From positions 249,550,001 through 249,614,000 of the forward strand of contig OZ024742.1 of assembly GCA_964016885.1 (NCBI GenBank): a DNA stretch of 64,000 nt. Direction: 5' to 3'. Position 1 is the first letter of the stretch, and the number at the start of each line of letters is the position of its first letter. Origin of the DNA: Eledone cirrhosa. Taxonomy: Eukaryota. Both the position numbers and the translations under genes were made by a program. This document shows positions 1 through 13,236 of the stretch, one piece after another. The notes beneath the pieces were generated by a model that had not been told where the DNA came from, searched no databases, and saw only the letters and a program-made list of their open reading frames with translations.

Positions 1-500
1 CTAAAGCACCACCACTTTCATCACATCACCACAACACCAACAGCAATAGTACTACACTACTCATACCACTCAACCTCAACGCAATTCAATCCCACCACCA
101 CCACCTCCACCACTTTCACCATAACTACCAGCCCCACGCCGCCACCACCACTACCACTACCAACACTATCACCACGACTACCAGATCCACACCACCACCA
201 CTAACACCACCACCACAACCACCACACCATCACCGCGACCACCATCATCATGCCACCGCACCACATCCATGCCACTATCAACAACACTACCACCACTACA
301 CCACCACCACCACACCACCACCACCGCCACAACCAGCATCGCGCCACCGTACCACATCCATGCCACTATCAAGAACATCACCGCTGCCACACTAACAATA
401 GCAACACAACATCCTTACACAGCCACGCCACCAAGAACACCAGACCACTCCAAAAAAACAACCTCCACATCACCAGACCACCACTCCACATTCCCCATTA
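1..500. repeat. Degenerate (ACC/AAC/CAC)-rich low-complexity tract
   Basis: Composition is directly visible; the overlapping ORFs are poly-His/Thr/Val artefacts. Confidence 0.85.
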
Positions 501-723
501 GTCCACTGTTTTATATTTAAATTCAACCTCCAAGGTCTTTGCTGATATTTATTGTAACTCTAACATTTCATTAGTACATCATTTCAGACACAATTCTTTA
601 CAAAATATTTTTCCTCGGTATATATCTCAAATATTATTTTACTCGTATAACTTTTTTCTCTAAGTGTTATTTTCACTTCCTCCCTCCCCCCTCTCTCTGT
701 ATATACGATACACACACACAAAT

Positions 724-798
<75 letters not shown>

Positions 799-981
799 CA
801 TACACGTATGCTTATGTATAAATTTATGTATTTATTTTATGTATATATGTAAAATATATTTCAGGTATCAGCTTTTGAGGGAGCTTCCAGTTTTTTGTAT
901 TGTAGGTTGGATGTGCATGTGCAAAAATGATATCACAGCTTGCCAGTTTGGTTGTGCTCAGCACAGTATATATATATATAT

Positions 982-1600
982 AAACGAAAAAATCAGTGAT
1001 GCATCTAGACTCAGTTTATTGCGTGTTACAATTGTTTTGCCGGCAGATAGCTCGAGACATGATCATTGTATGGATCTGCCTGATTCTATAACTGCGGGTT
1101 CTTCGGACACTTTCAATGCTTTCGGAGAAAATTTTCTCACTGGGGTGTTAGCTTTCAAAAAACACCTTCAAAAAATATCTTCCACTCTTGTCTTGCCATT
1201 GGCTGTTGTTTGTCTACGTCATCATAAATTCTGGTCAATATTTTCTGCCACACTGGTCATCAGCTACTCTCCGTCCGACACACAAAAACAACAGCCAATG
1301 GCAAGACAAGAGTGGAAGATGCTTTTTGAAGGTATTTTTTGAAGCTAACACTCCAGTGAGAAAATTTGCTCCTAAAGCATTGCATGTGTCCGAAGAACCC
1401 GCAGTTATAGAATCAGACAGATACATACAATGATCATGTCTCGAGCTATCTGCCGGCGAAACAATTGTATCACGCAATAAACTGAGTCTAGATGCATCAC
1501 TGATTTTTCGTTTTTTTATATTATATCACACTCTGCTCTGTAAGAACATAGAGTGCTCAACTGGCATACCGCCTATGGAAGCTCCATAGCTACCATTAAA
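982..1600. mobile_element. Fold-back non-autonomous PLE-like repeat (family B) with divergent HHRs
   Basis: Arms ~982-1212 and ~1283-1512 are reverse complements; flanked by (TA)n; homologous fold-back at 12325-12960. Confidence 0.8.
1386..1473 (+). ncRNA. Type I hammerhead-like motif, CCGAAGA core (U4C), long stem II
   Basis: gtgt-CCGAAGA-acccgcagttatag...ctatctgccggc-GAAA-caattg-TA-tcac; mirror copy on - at 1023-1110 has intact acac but AAAA instead of GAAA. Confidence 0.65.
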
Positions 1601-1605
1601 CACAC

Positions 1606-1685
<80 letters not shown>

Positions 1686-1688
1686 TAA

Positions 1689-1739
1689 AGTTTAAGCAAA
1701 GAATCGCTGCTTTCACCCTTAACGGGATCTACTGAAACT
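1689..1739 (-). ncRNA. Hammerhead-like motif, degenerate CAGTAGA core (family with 46458)
   Basis: agttt-CAGTAGA-tcccgttaagggt-GAAA-gca..tgc-TT-aaact. Confidence 0.5.
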
Positions 1740-1892
1740 AAAAAAATCAATCCAAGGACGCAGAACTAAATATTTCGAAAAACGTTACAAACGAAGGAAA
1801 ACAGGAAGACGATACTTTGTCGTTATGTGGACCGATGAGAACAATTTCTTGCAAAGAAAAAAAACACGTTTATAGTATAAATGGAGTCGTTA

Positions 1893-2116
1893 GACTAATA
1901 TTCTATTTAGAAATACCGAATGATTTCCAGCTCCGGAGTTTAAGAATATTGTAAATAAATTTGTAGACCAAAATGACAGAGGTTATTAAAATAGTTATTA
2001 ATAGTTAAGATTTAGGCCAGTGGATACGTATGTCAGTTTCGTTTACAACTTTATTTATATTATTCTTAAACTCGGGAGCTGGAAATTATTCGGTTTTTCT
2101 AAATAGAATATTAGTA
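1893..2116. repeat. Imperfect inverted repeat
   Basis: ~1893-1980 is the reverse complement of ~2030-2116 (actaatattctatttagaaa...ccagctcc). Confidence 0.75.
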
Positions 2117-2142
2117 TTGTATATAACTAACAAATAGTTTTA

Positions 2143-2674
2143 TCGCTCAACAGGGCTGAATACAATAAATGTAAATTTGAGCTTTTCGAATATTAATAAT
2201 TGTTTCTACTTTCGGCACAAGGCCAGCAAATACCCAGTACATTACTGGTACTTTATTTTATCGACCTCGTAGGGATGAAAGGCAAAGTTAACCTTGGCGG
2301 GATTTGAACTCAGATCGTAAAGGGACGTAACAACCCTCTACCAACTTTGGCAATCCACTATTCGATTCGTTTGCAATTATACAAACAGCCTCTTAAGCCA
2401 TGTGAGTAGAATGACCAAATCATTCTTGCGCTTGTGTTGGCATATACACAGAACGGCAGAGACTAATGTTTCTGGTTGATTACCCATCATCAGTAACTTA
2501 TACTGTTTACCTGCCAGCTGTCAGAACTAGTGAACATATATGATATATTCTGGAATATATAGTGACTGATCGGCCTGATTTGCATATTAGCAGACCACTG
2601 ATTAGCTAGATTTGCATGTAGGCAGATAAGCCAGTCAGTTCTATGTGTACGAGCGATTAATGGCCGGCCTTGCC

Positions 2675-2676
<2 letters not shown>
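2143..2676 (-). mobile_element. HHR/octamer-bearing repeat unit (family C), interrupted by a SINE
   Basis: Homologous to 54319-54800; CTGATGA-tgggtaatcaacca-GAAA on - at ~2465-2497; ATTTGCAT at 2578 and 2610. Confidence 0.65.
2200..2359 (-). mobile_element. tRNA-derived SINE (Meta-domain-like core)
   Basis: gagttcaaatccc B-box plus gcctttcatcc..ggtcgataaaat..taccag core; copies at 6405, 15995, 47560; empty site visible at ~54375. Confidence 0.85.
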
Positions 2677-2728
<52 letters not shown>

Positions 2729-2983
2729 GGAGGTGAGTTTTATTGTAGGATAATAAAACTATGCATATATCGGATAAGTACCACTCAACAGTTTGTTGGA
2801 CTTTCTCTTTCTCTCTCCTCATTCATTTTAAAATTTTCCTCCGTTATCTTCTCATTCTTTTTCCTTATTTCCTCTTTCTTCCTTTTTTTCCAATCTTCTA
2901 TATCCTTTTATATTTATTTATCATATGTTGACTGAACACTTCCTTGTTCACAATTGTTTTTTGGCATCATATCATGTTACCTG

Positions 2984-3052
2984 ATTTTATCTGATGAGAA
3001 CGCAACTATCGTCCTAGGATGATATTTGTTTTTAAAATGCGCATAATAAAAT
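2984..3052 (+). ncRNA. Type I hammerhead, mutated copy (GAAA lost), family D
   Basis: attttat-CTGATGA-long stem II-(T/A)AAA-tgcgca-TA-ataaaat; intact homologue at 53540. Confidence 0.65.
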
Positions 3053-3090
3053 ATATGGAACTATTTTAATCATCTTTTAATTTTTTCTGA

Positions 3091-3136
<46 letters not shown>

Positions 3137-3189
3137 TAGATAGATAGATATACATACATATGCTTGTACGTGATCTCTCGAAGCAGAAT

Positions 3190-4060
3190 CCAACCTAGAA
3201 CCGTAAAAGCCAATTATGTACATATTGGAACTCAATTGCTAGACCCTTCATGTCTGTGCACATCCAACTCCTTACGTCTGTAATCCTGCTTACATAATGG
3301 CTCTTAGCACCCCAGTCACCGTTCGCATGATACTCTGTTGGCTCCCAATGTGAGAGTGTTTCAGTGGCATCATCATATTTGAGAACAGATTAAAACTCAG
3401 AAGGAGCCCGCTGGAAAGTGGGAAGCCTGTTCAATGTGTAAATTACATTTCATTGTCAGGAGTTCGTCAATCTGCTGTGTTAAATGAGCAGCTGTCACTA
3501 TGCAGCTGCTAAGTATGCGAGACCCAAAGATCCGGTCTCGCATGTCGAATTGCATCACATAGACGTCGGAGGATTCCTTCGTAACCGTTTATCATTCTGG
3601 TGTCTATGTATTTGTAATGCACTACACTGTGCTAGAAAGTAGAAAATATTCGGCAACCATTGCCATGCTTTTGAGGGCATTTGCGAAGTTACTTAGCCTT
3701 GGTTTTCGGTTCATACTATAGATCCAAGTCATATCTCCAATTATCACAGTTTTCATGAACTTTTGTCCCTTGTTAGCAGTATCCAGCAATGTCGGGTGAA
3801 ATAAAACTGCTATATGTTAATAGTATAACTCCTCACATGCTGGGTACTGAATGCGACATACACATCCTACAAGCTCGCAAAAACAGAATCCACACATGCG
3901 CATGAATATATGTTGCTCGAATCTGTACACTCTTCTTCCTAACAACATTACTTCCCACGGTAAAAACATAAAGTTAGATAATTTTTCGACAGCTCGTGCA
4001 GCAGTAAATTCGTTACATTTAATTCTCACAAATGTATGCTTAATTTAACACTGAGTATTA
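3190..4060 (-). pseudogene. Degenerate mariner (Tc1/mariner) transposase relic
   Basis: Minus-strand translations RLCDAIRHARPDLW..QLHSDS and KTVIIGDMTWIY resemble mariner RLREAIRKKRPELW..LHHDNA and ITGDETW motifs; many stops and frameshifts. Confidence 0.75.
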
Positions 4061-4127
4061 ACTTTCCAAAATATATTATTATCATTATTGTTACTATTAT
4101 TATTAATGTTATTGATGCTGTTCTTGT

Positions 4128-4153
4128 TTCTTCTTCTTCTTCTTCTTCTTCTT

Positions 4154-4184
<31 letters not shown>

Positions 4185-4207
4185 TTATTATTATTATTAT
4201 TATTATT

Positions 4208-4252
<45 letters not shown>

Positions 4253-4268
4253 GGTGTTGTTGTTGTTG
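4128..4268. repeat. Compound (TTC)n(TTA)n(TTG)n microsatellite
   Basis: Direct reading. Confidence 0.95.
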
Positions 4269-4615
4269 CTCTTCTTGTTTCTCATATAGTATCACATAGT
4301 ACATTTTATTTATTTATTTTTCGTGATAAGCTCAGTATTACACACCATCTTTAGGAAAAATAATAGGTTTTAATAATGAAGTGGGTTTATATTTAATATC
4401 CATACCGATAACAGTCAGACACCCATATATAAATAGATAGGTAGATATCTCACATATACATATAGTTATAATTCAATATGGTAGCTGAGACTGGTGGAAA
4501 TATGTAGAGAAATAGGTGCTTTATTAAGGTTGCAACTAAAGTTTAACGTGACATGAAATAATATATTGTATAAAATCCCATATAAGCATATCAGTGAATC
4601 TTGGAGGGAGGAATG

Positions 4616-4652
<37 letters not shown>

Positions 4653-5173
4653 GCATATACATATATGGATGAGTGTGTGTGTATGTGTGTGTAATTGTGT
4701 TTTCTGTATATGTACAGAGTAGAGGAGCCGAGACTGCATAAATGAGTACGGTATACATGCAGATATAACTTTATCAGACATGGATCCCACCAATAGGATT
4801 GGCATGCGAAATAATAAAAACTCTACTACACACACCAGTAATTTTGCCGATGGGATTGGGGTGTGTGACAGCTCAGGCCTGAATGGAGATAGCCAGTGGG
4901 CAGATCTCAGTGGTCAAGAACTATGATGGGGTCACGAACCAGCGACCAATTTAAGGGCCGCGCAAACAAGATGAAGGCAGATAATATAGATTCGAAGGTT
5001 CGGAGTCCTGCAGAAAGAGACTTTGCTTCGAAATCCCTAGACGTATCTGAGGAACTTGCGAATCCAGAGTCAGGTTTGATTCACAAGCTGATCGCACCTC
5101 GAGCTGCTCGCCGGAGAAACAATTGTAATGCGTAATAAATTGTGTTCCGATGCAACGCTGATACTTCGTTTTC

Positions 5174-5254
<81 letters not shown>

Positions 5255-5258
5255 CACA

Positions 5259-5310
<52 letters not shown>

Positions 5311-5334
5311 TATATATATATGTATATATATATA

Positions 5335-5378
<44 letters not shown>

Positions 5379-5547
5379 GATAACAAATTATCGTTATAGG
5401 TAATCCAGTTAGGCATACACTGTATTGAAGGTCGAGTGACACAACTTCAAGTGATTGGCGTCCTTTAGACACCTAATCAATGAAACAATTGTTAATACTG
5501 TAAATAAAACCCTTTTTGTACTGTTGACCATGTTATTATTCAGTCTT

Positions 5548-5580
<33 letters not shown>

Positions 5581-5583
<3 letters not shown>

Positions 5584-6060
5584 AATCATAGGTATTTCTT
5601 CGCGTTAGAGACAATATACCTCAGCCTAGGGCGAATCAATAACTAAAATAAATTATTGCGATAAAAGAAGGGGGGGGGGGGGGACATGTAAACAGACACG
5701 AATGGTGAAGTAACGTAAAGAGAGCTCACCTCCTCCATCTTCCAGCATTGTACGTGATCTTTCTCGCTAACACTGCTACGGTCTAGGCATGTCTTTTGTC
5801 TCTTGTCAAAATTCGCCCGTTCTTATGTTCGAAATGAGTTGTTGACTTGATATTTTCCTAATTTTCCTCTCTTTACGTTGCTTCACCACTCGTGTCTGTT
5901 TACACATCCCCCCCCCCCCCATTCTTTTATCCTAATAACTTATTTTAGTTATTGATTCGCCCTAGGCTGAGGTATATTGTCTCTAACATGAAGAAATACC
6001 TATGATTCCTTGTAGACAACCGATAACGGATAGTGCTCTCTTTCGCCCGTAACTCGTATT
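5581..6060. mobile_element. Fold-back pLTR-like repeat with decayed HHR at right end
   Basis: 5581-5730 is the reverse complement of ~5858-6010; followed by aa-CCGATAA-cgg..ccc-GTAA-ctcg-TA-tt; (TA)n flanks; partial similarity to ~41170-41300. Confidence 0.6.
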
Positions 6061-6271
6061 TTTTTAATTATATATATATACACACACACACAAAGATTAA
6101 ACATAAGATATCTGCTTAGTGTTGAATAAACAAGATGCTGGGCAGTTAGATGTGTTGTTATGATTATTAATCATGTAGATTAAATACACCCAAGTAATAT
6201 CCAAAATGTTGGCAAACAATTGGCATTAGAGAATATTAATTTGTATTTAGAGGAAAACTAAACACGTTTTT

Positions 6272-6359
6272 TTATCCTACACACGTTTCAACTACGAGGA
6301 GAAATAATCCTTAAATAATAGGTTCGATTAACTTTCCCTCATCGTCCCACCAGGAATAA
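6272..6359 (-). ncRNA. Decayed type I hammerhead (core CTGGTGG)
   Basis: ttattc-CTGGTGG-gacgatgagg...cctcgtagtt-GAAA-cgtgtg-TA-ggataa; stems I and II pair. Confidence 0.55.
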
Positions 6360-6404
6360 TAAAAGTAAGGTTAAAGGAGTCTCTTGGAGTGGAGAATAAA
6401 AATA

Positions 6405-6560
6405 ATTGTTTCTTCATTTGACACAAGGCCAGCAATTATACCAGTGTATCACTGGTGCTTTATCTTATCGACCCCGTAAGGATGAATGGCAACGTTAACC
6501 TCGGCGGGATTTGCTGCAAAGCATGGCGTCCGACCCTCTACCAATACGGCCAATCCACCG
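6405..6560 (-). mobile_element. tRNA-derived SINE (Meta-like), internally deleted
   Basis: Homology to the 2200 and 47560 copies; flanking aaaataat direct repeat. Confidence 0.8.
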
Positions 6561-6935
6561 AAAATAATATTAACTTAAAAGCACACAATACGCAGTAATA
6601 ATATCCACTCATTTTTAAACAGTCAAGACGGTGTAAGGCATAAAGTAATCACTACTATTTTTGTTTTTAAACAAAAGGGAGATAACATATGGAGATTTAT
6701 TGTAAGGAAATGAGTTGTGTAATAAGACTAGAACCTAATTATATTTACAACATTAATTTTCAATCAAACGTGGAAAAAAATATACAACAAAACGTGGTCG
6801 GCCATATGTCTACATACATCTACCAATACACTGCACATACACACGCACATATGCATACATATGCATATGTATATATGCATATACAGAAATACATGTATTT
6901 AGACATAAACATATAAACACACGTACATATATACA

Positions 6936-7562
6936 TCTATATATATATAAAATTGAGGATGTCTGTCTGTGTGTGTGTGTCTGCGAGTTTGAATCCGTAA
7001 AACTCGAGAAATACCCAACCGATTTTTTTCAAACATTACATGTGTATTACGTATGTTTCAGGGAGTGTTATGCACATAAAAAATTCAACTTTTTGATCCC
7101 CTAGCGCCCGCATTAGGTGAAAAACTAAGTTTTTCCAGCCTTTTTATGGTTTTTTTAGGCGTTACGTGAGACCGATTTCCTTGAAATTGTAACTATGTAT
7201 TAGTCAGTCCCTGAGCAAAGAAAATCCCACTTTTTTTATGACGTAGTAGGATAAAAACTTCATTTTTTCAGCTTTTTAGGGATTTTTTGAGGCGTTACGT
7301 CTAGCCGATTTTTCCCGAAAGTTCAAGGCATATTATGCACATAAAAAAATTCCTTTTCTTGATCCCCTAGTGCTCGCATTAGGTGAAAACCTGCATTTTT
7401 CCTGCTTCATCGAGGAAAATCTTAAAGATTATCCAGCCATCAGAGTATTCGGTTCATTTTCTTTACATATTGTCCAGGCATGCAGTTTTTCAACGATTGG
7501 GTCTGTTGGCGGCCTACGTTCCAAAATACCTTATCCCGTGCAACGCCGGGTACCACTGCTAG
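6936..7562 (+). mobile_element. Non-autonomous Helitron
   Basis: A|TC start, subterminal hairpin cccgtgcaacgccggg, CTAG|T end; internal duplicated segments. Confidence 0.8.
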
Positions 7563-7761
7563 TATATTATATAAATTTGTTTGAACAGAGGTAAAATTAC
7601 AAGGCCGTCCATATATAAGTGAGAGGTAATACATAAAAATCTATACATACACAGATAGATATCCAAAAGCACATAAAAAAATATCAGTATAACCATATAA
7701 CTAAACAAACATACCTAAACACTCTCACCCCCCCCCCCCCACACACACACACGTATATATA

Positions 7762-7813
<52 letters not shown>

Positions 7814-7951
7814 TGGGTATATATATATATATGCATGTATGTATATATATATATTGACATATAAATAACTAGTATACGTTTGCAAGTAATTTAAACCGAC
7901 AGATACAAAGACACACACACACACACATATATGTGTGGGGGGGGGGGAGAA

Positions 7952-8016
<65 letters not shown>

Positions 8017-8662
8017 AATATATACTGAGGAGTAAATGACCCATGGTAATATAAACCTATGGGCAATAAAAGTTGCTAAGATACAATAACAGCTAAAATT
8101 AACTCAGGCATTAAATTTAGCATAGATTAATATGCGTATAAAGAAACAACATATAGACAAATATGTATATAGTAATATTTCCAGAAGAATACATGAGTAA
8201 ACATTAGAAACAGATAGATGACCTATAATGGTCACCGGTATGAATCTAACAATGTGTATTTAATAATCAGCCCAGGGTTAAAGGTGTAGTCTAGCACAAA
8301 TGATTAACAGTAAACTAAACAGTATCAGGACTTGTAAAGGAAAGACTTGGAAAGATTCATGTAAACAGCGGCTCTGTGAGACACCAGATGCATATAATGG
8401 TTCCTGACCAGTATGCTGTGACTATGTTCAAATCGGACCAACGCAGTGACAAATAAACATTTGTATTTTTCAAGTCCCATATAAAGTGTGAGGGAGTTGG
8501 AGTTCCTCAAATTTTCACTTTTAAAGGAGAGCATGGTACAATGAATTGAAATTATCGTTTATGAATTGTTTGTCATCATAAAAGAAACGACTGTAGGATA
8601 AAAAGATGTTTAAAATGCCTAACAGACTTTGGTTTTCCTTTAATATATATACACACACACGC

Positions 8663-8695
<33 letters not shown>

Positions 8696-8703
8696 CATAT
8701 ATA

Positions 8704-9232
8704 TGATGGCTGCAAACTCTGCCTAGAGTATTGCAATCACTTGTCAGATTCAGTTGTGTGACGCTCGGATATGGCTTTTCAAGCCTGCTAGAGAGTTGCA
8801 CTCCATAACACACTGACGACAACTATGGATCTCCCTGGCTTGAAGTCCTGCATCAGGATGCACGTGAACCATCACAATGCTGTGGAGATCATAGTTCACT
8901 GGTTCTCTTTGAACATGGCTGCGACTGTGGCTCCTGAGACCAGATTTGTTCAAGCAAATCTTTCCACACTCAGGGCACTTCAAGTCAATGGAGACACCGA
9001 TCGTTTCGAGAGACACACCAGGGCATTGCTTGCGCACATCCCGTTTGATCTTCTCGTGCTCTATGCGTCTGTCCTCAAAATTATAGACCCCATAATTCAC
9101 CATCCCACGCCATGTTTCTCTTTCAAGAGCTTCTATCTCCCAGTCAGCCATCATCAAGCAAGACTTTTTCAATGAGTCCTTTACACAATCATTGAATCGG
9201 AGCCTTGGCTTGTGAGGTGGTCTCTTACCCTC
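8704..9232 (-). mobile_element. RTE-clade LINE 3' fragment with C2H2 zinc fingers and (TA)n tail
   Basis: ORF 8750-9280: [30 protein letters not shown]; CPECGKICLNKSGLRSHSRSH; ends gcagccatcat(at)n as at 46617. Confidence 0.85.
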
Positions 9233-9292
9233 ATATATATATATACATATATATATATATACAAACATATATATACACATCTGTATTAGGTG

Positions 9293-9339
<47 letters not shown>

Positions 9340-9341
<2 letters not shown>

Positions 9342-10435
9342 AATACGGATTGAACTCCCACAAATATTTATCAGAAAATTGGAAACGCTACTTGGATGAT
9401 TGTCTCATTCTTTGGTCCCACACACTCGAACAACTAAATGATTTCAAAAATTTAATTAACGGCATCAACAACCACATCAATTTCACAATGGAATACAGCC
9501 AAGATCAACTCCCATTGCTGGACATGTTAATCTTAAAAAAAGACACAAATATTGAAAATGACATACACTACAATCCAACATATTCCAAACAATACCTGCT
9601 ACTTCACCTCCAACCATCCAAAGCACACGAAGACGAACATTCCTTTTAACCTAGCAAGAAGAATTTGCACAATTGTCTTCAATTATGAAACGCGAAATAA
9701 AAGACTTAAAGAATTAAAGGAAATTCTACTCGTAAGACAGTACCCACCATTACTAATAAATAATAGAATAGAAAGAGCCAAAGCAATAGGCATTGATGAA
9801 TTATGAAAACAGAAACAAATTCAAGGTACGTCCAATATTCTATCATATATCGCAACACACAACCCAAGAAATGCGGAAGCTTACAACACTATTTACAAGC
9901 ACGTCCCACTATTGAAACAAGACCCAAGAATGAAAAAAGCCCTTGTAATACACAAAATAATCAAAAACAAAAGACAACCGAAATCACTAAAAACATTACT
10001 CACCAATGCCAAATTACCTACCACAAACCCACAACCAACTGTCAAAAAATGTGGTCACTCTAATCGTGGAACCTGCACTCACCCCATTGAAGGCAACACA
10101 TATACATTTCAATCAGGACAAAATTTTGCTATAAAAAAATCAGTTCACTTGCTCATCAAAAAATCTATTTGATGCATTAAATGTAAAGGATGCAAGGAAG
10201 ATTATATAGGACAAACTAAACTCACACTCAGAAACAGAATGACAGTTCATCGCCAACAATTACGAGATCCAACCACGAGACAGATACCACTAAGTGCATA
10301 TCTAGACATATGTGCAAGTAATAAGACACCCAAATTCTAAGTCTCCCCATTTTACCTTTGCGCTGACAATACAACAGAACAAATACGAATAAATATGTTT
10401 ATTCAAAAATATAGACCACCATTAAATATAGTTTA
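9340..10435 (+). pseudogene. Penelope-like element RT C-terminus + GIY-YIG endonuclease (frameshifted, Neptune-like Cys linker)
   Basis: WKRYLDDCLILW, INFTMEYS..LPLLD, NIPFNLARRICTIV, CKGCKEDYIGQTKLTLRNRMTVHRQQ. Confidence 0.9.
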
Positions 10436-10959
10436 ATATACATTATGCTAACCATCCAAACAGACACATACATACACACACACATAACACCTTCTACTTT
10501 AGAAAATAAAAACCAGAACTAAATAAACCTTAACATACGTTAATACTCTAACACCTTAACATGCTAACTCCCCCCCCCCCCCCTATCACACACACACATA
10601 ACTCCCTCGCCCATTTCTACTAACGGAATTATTTTCCTACGCACACACACAAAAAGAAATATATATACATTCTCTCCATCTTAACATGCTAACCACACTC
10701 CCACACACACATACATACACACACATAACATCCATAAACACATAACACCCACACACACAACTCCCTCCCTCATTTCTACTAATAGAATCACTTTTCTACA
10801 CACACACACAAAATATATATATTCTCTCCATATTAACATGCTAACCATACTCCTCCCCCACCCCACACACACACACACACATAACACCCACACACACACA
10901 CACACACACAGACACACAAGCACACAAATAAACATACATATCTCTACTTTCTTTATTTC

Positions 10960-11115
10960 AATAGCACTGCGAAACCGGTAAAGGAACCAAATGAATATAT
11001 ATATTTAAAAAAAAAAAGACACCAGTTGCATTTTCGATTTCATCTTTTATCCTTATACTCGTGTAGGACACCTCGGTTATTTTTCATTTTGCAAAGAAAA
11101 CCTCACTTTCTAATG
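10960..11115 (+). mobile_element. Partial family L repeat (3' half of HHR)
   Basis: ctgcGAAAccggTAaaggaacc...cctcactttctaat matches the 44751, 46000 and 55933 copies. Confidence 0.75.
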
Positions 11116-11159
11116 TATATATTTTTAATTATAAGTTGAGCCAGCTTATGCAGCTTCAT

Positions 11160-11167
11160 ATGCAAAT
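11160..11167 (+). promoter_or_regulatory. Octamer ATGCAAAT upstream of HHR
   Basis: Perfect octamer ~96 nt upstream of the HHR core at 11263; function inferred. Confidence 0.4.
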
Positions 11168-11255
11168 GAGATTAATAACCTCATTTACACAGACGAGAAA
11201 ACTATATATTCTCGCCTGCCTTTAAGTCCAACAGTCGCAAGCGGTGGGGGGGGGG

Positions 11256-11301
11256 GACCGTCTTGACGATGGCCAGTTAAGCCTGAAATGCATAGACGGT
11301 T
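11256..11301 (+). ncRNA. Minimal type I hammerhead (core TTGACGA)
   Basis: gaccgtc-TTGACGA-tggccagttaagcct-GAAA-tgca-TA-gacggtt; 7-bp stem I, palindromic stem III. Confidence 0.75.
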
Positions 11302-11499
11302 GTCCCCCTTGCTGCTGCTGAACATCACCAGAGGGCGTTAGCCCCCCCCCCCCCCACACACACACACACACCTGGTGTTTGCATAGCTACGGCTTCCTAA
11401 AACCGTATTTCTTTGGAAATACGAAATATTTATACATATTGTATAAAGCTATGCTTGAAGCGAAATCCTATTTCTTTTATATATATATATATATATGTA

Positions 11500-12020
11500 T
11501 AAAAATGGAAAAAATGAAATTTATTTCTCACTCTTACTACGGCTGATACATAAATGTAAGTATGTATAAGTGCATACATATATGTATACAGACGTAAAGT
11601 AGTATGTATATACATATATACATGCACACACACATATATATATATATGTACGTATGGGTTTACCGAACATTTATTATAATGCTCGGTCTGTTTGTAAACA
11701 AACAGCCCGAATTATTAGCCGTACAGTTTTCGGTAACCATCGCTGCTCTATTTGTTCAATACTGACAAAGGAACGATGAACTAGTTTCTAGCTTATTAGC
11801 TGTCATAAGCAGCGTATACCTTCCTGTTAGTTAATTGAACGTTTGAAAGTATATAGTTTCCTTATGCATATTAACGGCTGAGCAGCCTAATTTGCATATC
11901 GAGTGAGTTAGACGGCCGGGCGTACTGAAAACGATAAATGGAAGAAATGAAATTTCATTTTTCGCTCTTAATACGGCTGATACTAAAATGTAAGTATGTA
12001 TACGTACATACATATATGTA
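11500..12020 (-). mobile_element. Dispersed diverged copy of retrozyme family A (one unit plus partial)
   Basis: Homologous to the 61-63 kb unit; HHR core decayed to CTTATGA near 11775-11815. Confidence 0.85.
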
Positions 12021-12085
12021 TACATACAAATATATATATATATACTCTTTTACTCTTTTACCTGTTTCAGCCATCCGGCTGAGGC

Positions 12086-12255
<170 letters not shown>

Positions 12256-12324
12256 GTATATATATACACGTATATACATATACATATGTATTACGTTATA
12301 GATATATAGATATATAGATATATG

Positions 12325-12957
12325 TAATATAAAACGAAAAATCAGTGATGCATCTGAACTCAATTTATTGTGTGTTATAATTGTTTCGCCGGCGGATAGC
12401 TCGAGACACCATCATTGTGTGCATCTGTCTGATTCTGGACTCGCAAGTTCGACGGACACGTCTAATGATTTCGGAGCAAATTCTTTCAGAGTCGTATTAC
12501 CGCCAAAAACTTCATCCTCTTCGCGCGTCCTGTTATTGGCCGATGGTTGTCTACGTCATCATAATTCTGACGACAGGTATCGTTCGGCAGAGCATCAGCT
12601 GTCCTATGACTGATAGTCAGCCGAACGATACCTGTGGTCAGAATTATGATGACGTAGACAACCATCGGCCAATAAGATGACGCGCGAAGAGGATGAAGTT
12701 TTTGACGGTAATACCCAGTGAAATAATTCGCTCCGAAATCATTAGACGTGTCCGTCGAACCTGCGGGTCCAGAATCAGACAGATGCACACAATGATCGCG
12801 TCTCGAGCTATCCGCCGACGAAACAATTGTAACACACAATAAATTGAGTTCAGATGTATCACTGATTTTTCGTTTTATATTATATCATACTCTGTTCTGT
12901 AAGAGCATAGAGTGCTGAACCGGCATACCGCCTATGGAAGCATCTTAGCTACCATCA

Positions 12958-12960
<3 letters not shown>
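12325..12960. mobile_element. Fold-back family B copy with divergent HHR-like motifs (12372-12459 -, 12748-12835 +)
   Basis: Arms are reverse complements around ~12605; gtgt-CCGTCGA...GAAA-caattg-TA-acac. Confidence 0.8.
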
Positions 12961-13011
<51 letters not shown>

Positions 13012-13191
13012 CACATATGTATTAGGTTATATATTTATATATAATAAGGAGTTGACGGACCCAGCATATTTATCAATGACAGGACCCGTTGTATCTCAGC
13101 GTACTCAATAGGTTATGTAGGATACATTCCCAGAGTATAAACATAGTTATTCGTTTCAATACAACACACGTAAACGGGGGCCTATTGTAGT

Positions 13192-13236
13192 TCCCGGACT
13201 CGAGTTTCAGCCACACTTAATGCATCAGTAGGGTCC
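13192..13236 (-). ncRNA. Decayed hammerhead in the 3' region of a Penelope-like element
   Basis: cccta-CTGATGC-attaagtgtggct-GAAA-ctcgag-TC-cggg. Confidence 0.5.

Noticed and set aside
4840-5135. GC-richer island with short ORFs
   Set aside because: No recognisable protein or RNA motif
10165-10180. In-frame TGA near the PLE Cys motif as possible selenocysteine
   Set aside because: It coincides with a frameshift and replaces an expected Tyr, not Cys; the element is generally decayed
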